37,742 nt of DNA from Catajapyx aquilonaris (lineage: Eukaryota), in contig KZ538977.1 in NCBI GenBank assembly GCA_000934665.2, positions 1-37,742 of the forward strand, read 5' to 3'. Both the position numbers and the translations under genes were made by a program. The notes under the pieces were generated by a model that made no database searches, was not told the origin of the DNA, and saw nothing but the letters and a program-made list of their open reading frames with translations. Shown here in pieces: positions 1-11,565 of the stretch. Within the stretch, counting starts at the first letter, position 1. Each line of letters starts with the position of its first letter.

Positions 1-299
1 ACTGTTTTTGGGTTTGTGCGGCCCCTCAGGTTCATTATCAACATTTACATCCCGCTAAGTAAGAAATTAACATAGTGGCAGCAATTTTTACCAGACCATG
101 CAGAAATTCACTGTCCAAGGTATAATCGTATTTATTTCAGTTGTTAACTGTCAAATGAACTTCAAATTTGGTATCCTCCTAGCTCAATTGTTACTATTCA
201 TAATTATCCATTCTAAAGTTCAGATAATCTTAGATGTGTATAACCCCACCACTCCATTTTTTGGGGGTGTCCCAATATTTTCAGATCAGAGCAAGTATT

Positions 300-548
300 T
301 TGAATCCCAATTTTGTGAGGTCGTATCAAAAATTTTAGTTCATAGGGTAGTTTTCCTGCTTTCCTAAAAAATTCAGACTTCGGTTTTGCCCTCGTAGATC
401 CAAAATTCCAAGGAGATGAAATATTGGTTGCTAAGTTTAGGAGTTTCTGCAGATACAAATAACTAGGGAGTAAAGCCACATCATAGGCAAATACTAATAA
501 GTGGATCTTTGGCTTGTTCAGCCAAAAGTTCATTCCTGGGATTTGCAC
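300..548 (-). mobile_element. Decayed non-LTR retrotransposon reverse-transcriptase fragment
   Basis: KIHLLVFAYDVALL...LQKLLN...FRKAGKL resembles the LINE RT catalytic region (IHLLLFADDVALL...LQRLLN...FRKGG); the FADD motif is mutated to FAYD. Confidence 0.6.
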
Positions 549-1558
549 TTCAGCTGAATATTCAGCATGAATTTGCCTCGAGACTAGTTCTCATAGTCAG
601 AAAATGCATCTCCATGACGCTCATCAGCTCCTGTATTAGCTCTATATATGCTACATCAGCTCTTGGCTACATTTGATGCCAAACCACTTCACTTGTGGAA
701 TCAGGAGAAGATATGATAAATTCAGCTACACTCAGAAGCATGGTTGTTGCCAGTGATAGCTACGAACATTACTACAGGAAAAACCAGAATCATGCAATAT
801 GACTTCTGATCTGTTGCAGATAGGAGTGGGAGTTGAGTTGGATCATTCAGAGCCACATCTAATCTTCAAAATTTCAGGTTTTTGTAGCTTCACACATGCC
901 ACTGCACATGGAATGGAACTGAATTCAATGGAAAATAATAGCCCATTATCCAACATCATGCATGAATTATGATCATTTCTTCTAAATGAAAGTGTTTGGA
1001 ACTTCAGTTTCAAGACCAATATATGTATTATGTGTGTACCTATCCTTTATTGGAATTTTGGCCTTGATCTGTATAGTGCCCTGTATCCTTTCTTCACATT
1101 TGAAGGTTGGTAACATACCACACATATTTTGTGACCAATTGAGAAAAAAAAATATTCCCTCGTTGCCTTGATAACAGAACTGGATGACCCTAAAATGAGA
1201 GTAAACCCCATGGTTTACTTGCAGTCTGATTGCAATCTGTAAAGACAGTATAAAATAAAATTTTGCCCATATTAATTTTAGTGGATGTATTATTCTGCCT
1301 ACAGCAGGGGTGGAAGAGTGGTGTATTCATATATATATATATATATGGTTAAAATGTGCTCATGTGTAGAATGTTTCGTTACTTTCAAAATTTTCCAGAT
1401 TTTGTGATTTTAACAAAATTTCAAAGGTAATTTTGAAACTGCCATTCATGTGAATAAGCATAAATTGAAGCAATGCGAAATGGCTACTTCCTTTAATCTA
1501 ACTTCCTGTACTAGTACCAGTGCAGCAGTATAATTATCAAAACTTAGGGTGAAATTTT

Positions 1559-2108
1559 AAGCACGTGTAAAAGCCCCTCAGCTGGTAATAAAGAAAACAA
1601 TAGCTAGCTGAGGTCAGCTTATTGATCAGTATAAATACTGGACTCTTCTGATATAAAGACAGTCAGTGATCCAGCGCCAGTGAGCCAGTGAAAGGAGACA
1701 TCCCACCTACTGAGTATTGAATAGGTAAATATGGCAACTGTCCCATTGTGATGTAAAGGGTCCTTATTAGTGTTATAACTATGTGAAGTTGATATTGTTA
1801 CTGTATAAAATTGTTGTCATTAAAGTACAGTCTTGTTCATGTTAACTATTGGTAGTTTTACTCAAGCCTAAAGCACATTATCACGTCCGAACCCTCCGTA
1901 CTCGCAAGAGCGACATATGGCGCAGCCAAATTAACTTGATTAAATATGTCGCTCTTGCGAGTACGGAGGGTTCGGACGTGATAATGTGCTTCATGTTAAC
2001 TATTGGTAGTTTTACTCAAGCCTAAGGCACATTATCACGAACCCAATAAGCTGACCTCAGCTAGCTATTGTTTTCTTTATTACCAGCTGAGGGGCTTTTA
2101 CACATGTT
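1559..2108. repeat. Compound fold-back structure, possibly built on an LTR
   Basis: 66-bp inverted arms 1559-1624/2044-2108; 48-bp perfect hairpin arms 1871-1918/1944-1991; ~50-bp direct repeat 1836-1885/1990-2039. Confidence 0.85.
1566..1926 (+). mobile_element. Possible Ty3/gypsy-like LTR plus partial primer-binding site
   Basis: TGT...ACA boundaries (1566-1915), TATAAA at 1630, ATTAAA at 1819, then TA-TGGCGCAG resembling a tRNA-Ser PBS start. Confidence 0.35.
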
Positions 2109-2119
2109 TGAGCTATTAA

Positions 2120-2589
2120 CCCTTAACTACGTAGGTGGAGCCTGAGAGGCTCCAAGCACTATTTAAACGCATGTAACTTTTTCATTGAATTTTATTTTCC
2201 CCTGTCCTTCCGTGACTTTGTCAGAAAAACCTTCCTAAATATGAAAAGGAAAGAAATTTTTTTTTAGTCCCTATTGTTTGGTATTAAAAAATTCGCAACG
2301 AGGAACAGGTCCCTCCTGGAACCGCTCAGGCTCTTATCTCAGGTGAAGCCTGAGCGGCTCAAACACATGATGTAACCTTTTAATTAAGAATTTTTCCCTG
2401 TCGGAATATGCTGACTCAGCGTGTGATTTTTACATTTTCGGAAGCCTAATGATTTGAACTGCACTTTCTGTATGTGAAAAGTTCAATATAACAATTTAGT
2501 CGATAAGCAGAAATTTAAATATACAGTTGGAGCCTCTCAGGCTCCACCTACGTAGTTAAAGGTGTTTCACCCACCTACGTAGTTAAGGG
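2120..2589. mobile_element. Non-autonomous piggyBac-like element
   Basis: TTAA TSDs (2116-2119, 2590-2593), termini CCCTTAACTACGTAGGTGG, extra subterminal inverted copy near the right end. Confidence 0.85.
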
Positions 2590-2794
2590 TTAAGGATGTC
2601 TCAACATCTTACACAGAGTGCTTAGCTTGCGCTGAGTCAGGCTAACATATATTGTGCTGACTCAGGGATGGCAACAGTATCATGAAGACATTGACAACCC
2701 ACTGCAGATCACGGACAAGGATCCACAAGAAATGGATTCTGCAACACTTCATTCCACAAGAGCTGTAAATAATAAACGGAAACAATTTTGTTAT

Positions 2795-2964
2795 TGTGAC
2801 AGATGTCCAAAATCATATGATGAACTAAAGTAGGCTACATGTTAAGACATGTACGGATGCATAACAATGGAGTTGCTTGTGATGTATGCCAGAAAATATT
2901 TCCACTTGACAGTAAGCTAGTTGCACATAAGAATCGATACCACACAGTCAAAGTGAATCTATAA
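2795..2964 (+). pseudogene. Two tandem C2H2 zinc fingers, frameshifted remnant
   Basis: CDRC-PKSYDELKYMLR-HVRMH (after removing TAGGC at 2831-2835), linker NNGVA, then CDVC-QKIFPLDSKLVA-HKNRYH; both have exact C-x2-C-x12-H spacing. Confidence 0.7.
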
Positions 2965-3221
2965 CAGGGGAGTCTAGTTGTTTGTCATTTGAAGAGAAAA
3001 TTGTGGAAATCACTACTTTTTGTCTTGAAAATCAGAGGAATATTGTGACAGTCATGACTCATGACAAATACCAGAATGGATGCCATTTTTGTCCAAGCAT
3101 TACCGCATTTGGACACACTGCACTGACAATGAGTGTGGAACTACGTATGTAAGCCTACCTGAAAAAAAAGTAGAATTTGTTCAAAATAATGTTCTCATTT
3201 AGCTGAAAAACAGTTACTTAA

Positions 3222-4948
3222 CCCAGATATGCCGAGTGTGCCCTATAGGTATAGGGGACACCTGCACAGTTGTTACATTTTAATTTTTTGCGCTGGTTCT
3301 TCTGCTGCTAAAGAGCTGGCAGTAGTCACGGGGGCTTCAGGAGAGCCCCAGCTAACTATACAAGTTCAAACCTGCTCAATATTGCTTCAGATTTTTAAGA
3401 TACAGGTGTTTGAATTTTAACGCAAAAAATAATGGCTGCAGCTCCACGTTCCGAAGACGATTATTAATTAATTATCGAATGTTGATTAGCTTTATGAGTC
3501 ATTTTTTGCTTGTAATACTTAAAAAACTTATGAATGATGATGTCGATGTGGAAATATAGGCATATTTTTTACTTTCCTTGTCTGAGGGTGGCGTTGAAAC
3601 CAGGTGTCCCCTATGAGGGACACTCGGCAAATGCACCACATGTGGACCGGCAAGTCAAGTACCGGTACTCTAGGCTACTGTATGTGTACGGATTTTGTGC
3701 GTTTTGTCGAACTGAATTTTTATGAATCCCTACTTTTAAAACGAGGGTTACCCGGCAACCATCGTAGCTATGGTAACCCACTGCCATGTACAATCAAACA
3801 TACATGCATACAAACTTTCGCTTTTGCATACAGTGAAACCTGTGTATAAAAGAATAGCACAGTGCCCTAAAAATCGTAATTGACAAGTTTCCTCTGAAAA
3901 TTACGATTTTCCTAGTCATCAGCACCAAATGGGTAAGAGTGGAAGTGAACGCTGCAACGCCGCAAAGCATTGTGGGCAGAGGTGGTAGAGAGTGGGGGGA
4001 GAAAAAAAAGTGGTGCTGTTATTGTTGAGGATCGCACGCAAACCATTTAACGATGTCGGACATATAAGGCCTAGTACGGTATATCAGCCTCTTTCGCTAT
4101 ATTCGACATGGTATTTATGTCCTATGCATACGCCCGTTCCCGGAAAAATTCCGCAATGGACAAGTTTTTGTAACACTCAGGGTAGGCTACGTTATGGACA
4201 GGTTTCACTACATATTTATCTAAAGTGAATCCTGTCCATAACGGACCCTGAACATAACGGAAACTTGCCTATTGCGGATTTTTTCTGGAAACTGGCGTAT
4301 GGAATGTACACGATTTCCGTGTCGAATATAGCGGAAATTGTGTAATTTTCATACACCAGTTACCAGAAAAATTTCGCAATAGGCAAGTTTCAATTATACA
4401 CCGGGTCCGTTGTGGACAGGTTTCACTGTATATTTATATACAGCGAAACCTGTTCATATCTGAATAGCACGTGACTCTAAAATTCCGCAATGAACAAGTT
4501 TCCGTTATACCCTCCTCAGACCAGAGAAGCCATTTGTGCAATTATTTAGTAATACTTTGGAAGAACCCTCTGTAGTGGAGGTGTAGAAGCCATTTTTCAG
4601 AATTTCATATTTTGGTTGCAATCACTTATTGCAAAATTAGATGTCCTATATATAGGACATTGGGTCTTAGCTATAACATTCCTTCTCTATATTTTTCAAT
4701 GAATAAAAAAAACTTTTATCTTTATTTCAATACAGCAGTCTATATCTTACGTTTTCCTTGTACAGTATAGGGCTCCATACTAGATGTTACATTTGCCGAG
4801 TGTCCCCTATAGGGGACGGCCCTTTTCTTGCAATCTAGCATTCCATAATTTTTTAAATCATTTTTGTTGTGTTGTGGGGACTATTCTGAACTGATAAAAA
4901 CAAACAAAAAACAAAATTTAAACAAAAAATCTTTCAGGCATATCTGGG
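3222..4948. mobile_element. 1.7-kb non-autonomous piggyBac-like element
   Basis: TTAA|CCCAGATATGCC ... GGCATATCTGGG|TTAA; motif TGCCGAGTGTCCCCTATAGGGGAC recurs at ~3230, ~3603 (inverted) and ~4794. Confidence 0.8.
4090..4510. repeat. Array of alternating-orientation ~100-bp units inside the piggyBac-like element
   Basis: Units ending GGACAGGTTTCACT(G/A) face units starting (C)AGTGAAACCTGTCCATAACGG at ~4195-4245 and ~4410-4460; a further copy at ~3828-3895. Confidence 0.7.
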
Positions 4949-5132
4949 TTAATGGAGATAAGAAAACAACCTCACATAAAATACACATATAAAAACATAT
5001 GAGAGTACGCAATTGATTTTTTAATGCCTTGAAAGAAGGGATGTTTTTTCTGGGGACAGACAATCCTCTGGCGAAGAACTGGAGAGTTTGCTTTTTAGCC
5101 ACAACTCGGACGACCAATGTAGTACAGGTGGT

Positions 5133-5789
5133 GGTAACTAACAAGGGAAGTGTCTGTAGGGCCATCGGCCAATCGGCCCGAAAATGACACTAGGGGTAAA
5201 GCGCAGGCCAGAAATTCATTGGTGAAAGTAAAAAGTCGCATTAGCCAAGCGTTTTCGAGATATGGGCGACTATAGGTGCCCGGCAAACACGAATAAGTTA
5301 TTATTTACTGAGCTTGTGACTATTAATTTTTCCGAATATGAAGCCATGGAGAGAGTAGGTAAGCATCGGCAGAAGAAAAAAAAGTAATACACTTCCCAGC
5401 AAGCTGTTTATTTATTCCTGTTGATTGCAAAAGGGAAGATATGCGGTGATAAATGGTGTTGGGGAAGAAAGAAAAAGAAAACGATGCTCCGAGACGAGAG
5501 AGGGAGGGGGGAAAAAAAGTCGCTTCCCGCGGACTTGAACGCCTTCGGATCATGACGCGGACGCGCTACCGACTGAGCCACGAAGACTGTTTATAATTTC
5601 TTCTGCCGAATGCGCCCCATTGTCACCGAGCAGGTTTGCCGGGCACCTATAGTCGCCCATATCTCGAAAACGCTTGGCTAATGCGACTTTTTACTTTCAC
5701 CAATGAATTTCTGGCCTGCGATTTACCCCAAGTGTCATTTTCGGGCCGATTGGCCGATGGCCCTACAGACACTTCCCTTGTAAGTTACC
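5133..5789. mobile_element. MITE with ~155-bp terminal inverted repeats
   Basis: Near-perfect inverted arms 5133-5288/5634-5789, which produce the mirror-image ORFs in the track; TSD not resolved. Confidence 0.85.
5520..5587 (-). ncRNA. tRNA-Met(CAT)-like Pol III cassette inside the MITE; not an intact tRNA
   Basis: A box TGGCTCAGTCGG, D-arm GGTAGCGCGT, anticodon-loop-like GTCATGA, B-box-like GTTCAAGTCC, T7 run at 5512-5518; T-arm 5' strand appears deleted. Confidence 0.5.
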
Positions 5790-6081
5790 GTACCTCTTGT
5801 TTGTCCTCCAAGTGTGATTTTATACATAATTTTGGCCTTTCTCACCTAGAAAAACTGAACTGGAAGGGGATAACTTACATGAACTTTTTTGGGGCTCGGA
5901 GGAAGGGGGCTCACCTACCATGGCGTATGCTAATCAGTTTTTCCATCTCCCAGGGTGAGCTAAACATACTCCCTCCCGCAGAGTCAGAACAGGCTGTCCC
6001 GTAAGTCTCGACTCTTAGGAATCTCGTAGTACAGTGTTTTAGTATTCTATTGTAACCATGGTAACAAGTTTATAGTGACAT

Positions 6082-6468
6082 ACCGAAGCAGTTTGGTGGA
6101 GTGGATAAGGTGTTCGACTGCTAATTGGGAGGTCCTGGGTTCGTGTCCCGGGGTCGGCAATCCTAATCGTGGTTTTCTGTGGTTTCCCACGGTCCCCCCA
6201 GGACAATTCCGGGATTGCTTCCTAAATAATAGGCCACAGCCACTTCCTTCCTGTCTTATCCTTGTCCCATCCATGAGGTGGTGTGGTGTCAGTGGGAAGG
6301 TATCTGACCCGCATCTAGGGGGTCATCTTGGCGAACGGGCCCCCTGAGGGACTGCACACGACCCCCACCATGAGACATTACACTTGCACCACTGTCTCCT
6401 GCACCGGATCGTGGTATTCCACTCCCCTAAGAGGGCCTAGAGCCCTAGCACAGGGTACCCAAAAAAAG
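6082..6468 (+). mobile_element. tRNA-derived SINE; chimera of family-A head and family-B-like body/tail
   Basis: 6082-6272 matches the copies at 8034 and 22335; 6295-6457 resembles the body and tail of the SINEs at 26936 and 30865; ends in an A-run. Confidence 0.75.
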
Positions 6469-8033
6469 TTTCGACTTTAAATATTTATAAATTTAATTAA
6501 GTTTCAAGTTAATTGCACTTCAATTTTCTTTTCTCTGGAACACCCTGTAGATGAATTTTTCAGCATTTTACACTCAAAAGAACCACCACAAGCTAAAATG
6601 GTAAATATTGTAGCATATTGTTTTTCATTAATATCACTCCTACTACAAATGTTGGTCAGGATACGAAATAAAACGACCCAAAAAAACCTGTCGTCAAAGG
6701 GTTAATCGTGATTTTCGACCATGCATTGAGTCTGTGTTATGGATAGTCATTGAACTTCAAAATAGGCAAAGTAGCCAAAGAAAAAGCCAAACAAGGAGAA
6801 TAGTGAAATAAGTAAATATCGCAGATGATTTAAATATGTTTAATAATGAGACCAGGCCACTGCCTTGACATAGGTTTGGGATCATAATGTAGGCCACTGC
6901 TCCTAAGCCCTTTGTGAAAGTGTGACATGGTTGTGCCTATGGGAAAGCGAGGTTGGGAGGATTGCTAAGAATTTTTTTCCTGATCTGAACTTCTCACCAC
7001 ATTTTTTTGTGCCAATAAATAAACCAAAATCAGTCAGGCATTCAACCAAGATTCACCTAATGGTCCAACCCTCCAGTACCCATCTCCTTCTTTCAACAAG
7101 CTGCTGCAATCAGGCCAGGAATTATGTGCCTGAGCAAGCAAAATCAGCATGGACACTTCACCACATGAAGCAATAAAAGGGCCAATGGTGGCACAATAAC
7201 ATGCTTTCGGCAATACAATACCTTGTATTGCAGAAGTCACCTTCACTGGAAATGGGGGGTTGGGAATACAAGTCTCCATTGAAACAATATCAACCTGTTA
7301 TTTACTGCATGAGTTATTTCTACGCATTAATTGCTACAAAGACTTGTGCAAGTTCAACTGCAGCTTGAGCACCAAACTGTTTTGGAGCAAGCACTTGTTT
7401 GTGCATCTAACAGTTACATAGGGTGGGAGGAGTCTGCAGGGGGCTTTGTCTCAGATTATTACAAAAGCTACATACGGAAGGAACAGTAGTCAAAATATGC
7501 TGGTACATGACTGGAGGCCCACTGTACATGCTTGGTGGGAACATCTCAAGGGGAAGAGTATGAAGTACAACTCTGTCCAGAGTCAAGACAGTCAACTTGC
7601 AGCACAACCCTGTGTCAGGTGCAATAAAAAGACTGTCTCTGCCATTCTCTAGATTCCCAAGACCACATAAAAGTTTGTTGGCATGGCTTGGTGCTGCAGC
7701 ACTGCATGGAACATACCATCTGGTAACACTACTTGTCCTCACAAGTTTATTATATAAATGGACACAAGGGCATGGGCATGCCACAAAACTGGACCACTTT
7801 ACAACTTCGCGAGTCTTAGTGTCTAGTTTGACAAAATTGATTTCAAGCCTAAGCTTTCTTGTGTCAGGGGGGGGGGAGGAGGAGGAGGAGATAGAAGTCC
7901 AAATGCTAACTTATGAAAGCCAACCGAAATCCTTCCATTCTTCCTAAACAATGCTGGGTTGAGATCTGGGATGTATCACTCAATTATAGAAAATTTGAAA
8001 CATATTGTTTTCCAGGTCTACAAAATACATCCA

Positions 8034-8319
8034 CCGAAGCAGGTTGGCATAGTGGATAAGGCGTCCGACTGTTAATCGGGAGGTCCTGGGTTCGAATCCC
8101 GGGGCCGGCAACTCTGACAGTGGTTTTCTGTGGTTTCCCACGGTCCTTCCATGGAAATTCCGGAGTTGCTTCCGTAATTAATAGGCCACAGCCGCTTCCT
8201 TCCGTCCCCATCCGATCCCAAAGAGCACAGTAAAATGAAAAGCAAAGAGTTCCAGGCAAAACAAACTTCCCCCCTAAAGAGCCGATGGCTGATAACGGGG
8301 TATGAATAATTATAATTAT
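8034..8319 (+). mobile_element. tRNA-derived SINE family A, full length
   Basis: A box TGGCATAGTGG, B box GGTTCGAATCC, 3' hairpin and AAT-type tail; TSD AAATACATCCA at 8023-8033/8320-8330. Confidence 0.9.
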
Positions 8320-9649
8320 AAATACATCCAAAATCTCAAATTTCAAACAGGCTCTTTCATGAAATTAGAATATAGAAACATGCTCCCCTTCCTTTCCCAT
8401 ACAATCCTTCATAGCATGCATTTCTGACACTGGAAAGACAAGTTTGTACCAGTTGCAAGAGAATCGTACTGCTTACAAGTAAGTAGCACAACAGACTAGA
8501 AAATTCTATTGAAGACTATGCCTTACATTTGTGCAGCACAATTTGTTTTTTTCCTGGTGCAGATCCATTTGTATGAAACTATTAAACAAAATTATTTGGG
8601 TAAAAAAATTGTACACAATATACTCATACCAACAATACATGGATGACCAACACTTGGGTCCTCTGTGACCAATGATTCTTAGGATTTGCTATGAGACACT
8701 GCAAATCAAACTGGGCAACACTCCGAGAACACACCGCACACCAAATCATTCGTGACCAACACCACTGCAGGAAAGTCTGAAGCCGTACGCAAGAAATGGT
8801 AGGCAGTAAATGTCCTTTCCTGTATCCTTCCTCTCTCGCACTTGCTTACAAACAGACTCTTTTGTACAGCACAAGGAAACTAACAACTTAGGAGGCCACC
8901 CAGGGCCAGATAGAAAGTAAGGTCTGTCACCTAGTGTTCCTTTGCTCTCTCTCTCTCCCCCCCTCCATCTCTCTCTAGGGATGTACTTGTTGCTGTTAGA
9001 GTGCCAAAGCTTCTACACTGGCAACTGCTTATGGCCTGCACAGCATTTCCAACTTGACAGCTGAAGCACATACCAGTGGACAGAGTAGGTCACAACAATA
9101 TAACTCTTACAACATAGTATCAACATAACATTGACTGTATGTTTATAAGTCATTTACATGTCATTTACACCATGAAAAATGTTACCGCAGCAAATACAGC
9201 TACTTGTTAAAATGGGAATTCAGCTTGCTCACCGACAGGGATATCTCTTGGTTCCCGTGCATTATTGTATTTCTCCACAAGTCCTGCTCCATCTGAATTT
9301 CTACTGCACAGCCATAAAAATATGGAAAAATGACAACCAGGTAATTTTCCCATATACAGAATTATTATGCCACATACCAGCACCAAAGACATGTGTAACT
9401 TGCTTGAGACCAAATTGAGGGGGAATAAACACCAACTAGTACATCCCTAACGTGGGAGGAGCTTACACACACACACGCCAAGACCAGACAACTACTCAAC
9501 CCTCAGCTGCATTCCGCTTGATCTGCAACAGTCCAAAGAGGAACCCATTTTCCAAACATGCAACTTGGTTTACTGGGTTCAGGTTCTCCACTGTTGCAAA
9601 GCAGTTGTTCTGAGGTGAGAAGGCCGCTGCAGGAATGTCCCCTGAGATG

Positions 9650-9745
9650 TCATAGCAATGAGCACCTGGACAGCCAGCTCATTGGCTTACGTGGTGGTTC
9701 ATGGACTTTCAATTGATGGCTTCCTTTTGGAGGATTTGTGGCCTC
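9650..9745 (-). CDS. Rab8: Rab8 coding exon 5 (96 nt, terminal)
   Basis: GTGCAG acceptor; EATNPPKGSHQLKVHEPPRKPMSWLSRCSLL* with the Rab8-type CaaX box; total CDS 627 nt in frame. Confidence 0.95.
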   Translation of the reverse strand, partial: EATNPPKGSHQLKVHEPPRKPMSWLSRCSLL

Positions 9746-10910
9746 CTGCACATAGTGAACAAAATATTACCATTAGTCATTAAAGATGAATGTGCACATG
9801 CAGGGAGATGGTGGATTCATGGCAGTTGGCATGCACCAAGAGATCAGGTGTTTACAGCAAAAGCAGGAAACATTCAAACCCTATATATGTACACAGGCAC
9901 ACACACATCTGCTTCCTAAACCCACACATGGCAGCCATCTAAGCTACAGCCCAAAAATGCAGTGAGAAAAACCCATAACATAACTTTTGATTGCATGTAA
10001 AACTGTCAAAGGCAAAAGGTAAAAATAGAGTAGTAGGATATAAAGGTGTATAAAGGATGTGTTATGTATCTCTACCATTTACACATTCCTGATTAGACCC
10101 AGGCCACTATTTGTTTGCCAGGTACAGTATATTACCAAAAGTGACACAATCAGTTTTTGTGTTTGGGTGAGTTACACTGCATCAAGAAACCAAATAGTGG
10201 AGCAAGTCTATACAAGTTACAGTTTGAATCAACTGTAAATGACTCCATAATGTGCATGTGTGTGTGAACCAACTCCAACGTGCAAAGCAGCCTAGTTTCA
10301 CACAAAATTAGAGGCAAACTTATTAGGAGAATTAAATAAATGGTTCATTTGGAGTCCCCAGGTAATGATAGCTGAAATATTAGCGCTGTGCCTGTTAAAT
10401 TAAAATGTCGCTATGAGTCACAATAGTGCTTGGGGATTCCCAAGCACAGTAACACCAAATGCCTGCAAGTTGCAGAGAGGAGAGGTCACAAGTCAAGAGG
10501 CAGTGTAAAATGCAAAATTATCACAACAATAAAGCCAGTCAGTACACTTCATGTTCAATCCACATGGAACATGTGCAACTGAATAATGAAATGTTTTACC
10601 TTCTACAAGATCCCAAGTTCCAAAGCAAAGCAGATTCAAGATGTGAAAGAGAAACAATGACAATTAGAATTTCCCTTTTAACAAATTCAATTTGAAATTA
10701 TTAAAAGGGCGGACAGGGCCTGCTATAAGCTTACTTACTATACACACATAAGTGATGAAAAAGGGAAGGTTAATTATTTTCGACGTATATTCCTGCAGTA
10801 TGTATTCCACTGAGAAAAACAATATTAGAAAGACTGATCCAAGAGTTCAAGAGAGTAGGACGCCACTGCACAGTATTGCTATTTCATACTACAACCACTC
10901 ATACACATTA

Positions 10911-10981
10911 CGGGGTGAGATTACAAGGTTGTAACTGCAATGAAAATCCTATGTCGTTACAACCTTGTAATTCTCACCCTG
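10911..10981. mobile_element. 71-bp hairpin mini-MITE (C(A/G)GGGTG termini)
   Basis: TA|CGGGGTGAGATTACAAGGTTGTAAC ... GTTACAACCTTGTAATTCTCACCCTG. Confidence 0.6.
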
Positions 10982-11565
10982 TGACATGGCCTAGTTTCTC
11001 AGTTCTCCTAATAAATCAAGCCAAACCTGCAATCAGCTGTCCAAAGCGTTTTGCTTGATGTGATAGAGGGTGGTTAGAAAGGTTGGATACGTTCCCCCAG
11101 ACTATTTTCAAAATGAAATTTTAGCAAGCATGGCAGATATGGGTTTGGAATCACTTTCAATTGAAAGCTTACACTATGGTCTTTCATACTAAGAGGGTGG
11201 ATAAAATGAGTAGTTTAAAAGTGCAATATAAGAGTTTCACACCCACTCTTTTGGATGCAGTTTGGGAGGAACAGTTTGGACTCGTATGGTACACGACTGA
11301 AAAAAAAAAGTCTCGTAACCCAGCAAACAGCGCATATGTGGTTGCAGATGGAAATATGGCGAGTACAAGCTGATTCATGCACGTTTCCACCCGGGCTCCT
11401 AGAGCCTACTGGGGTACAAGGCAGTTTTTTTTTTACAACACTGTACTCATAACTTCAGGTTTATTGAGAGGTGGAATAGGACGTTACTACATTTTTCCCT
11501 TTCCTTGGGTTATGCAAATTGCTATTTTGCTTCCATTTGCTGCCTTGGTCTATGTCACACAGGAG

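Noticed and set aside
5095..6004. Paired ORFs both starting MPGTYSRPYLENAWL
   Set aside because: Both come from the inverted arms of the MITE at 5133-5789.
6541..6705. Solo CACCCTG|TA end and solo CAAAGGG|TTAA end
   Set aside because: No partner termini visible; too little to delimit elements.
6900..7950. Several overlapping 70-125 aa ORFs downstream of Rab8
   Set aside because: No recognisable motif in any frame I read; possibly old decayed TE sequence.
8034..8110. tRNA-Asn/Ser-like sequence as a real tRNA gene
   Set aside because: It continues into a shared SINE body and tail with TSDs, and the anticodon differs between copies.
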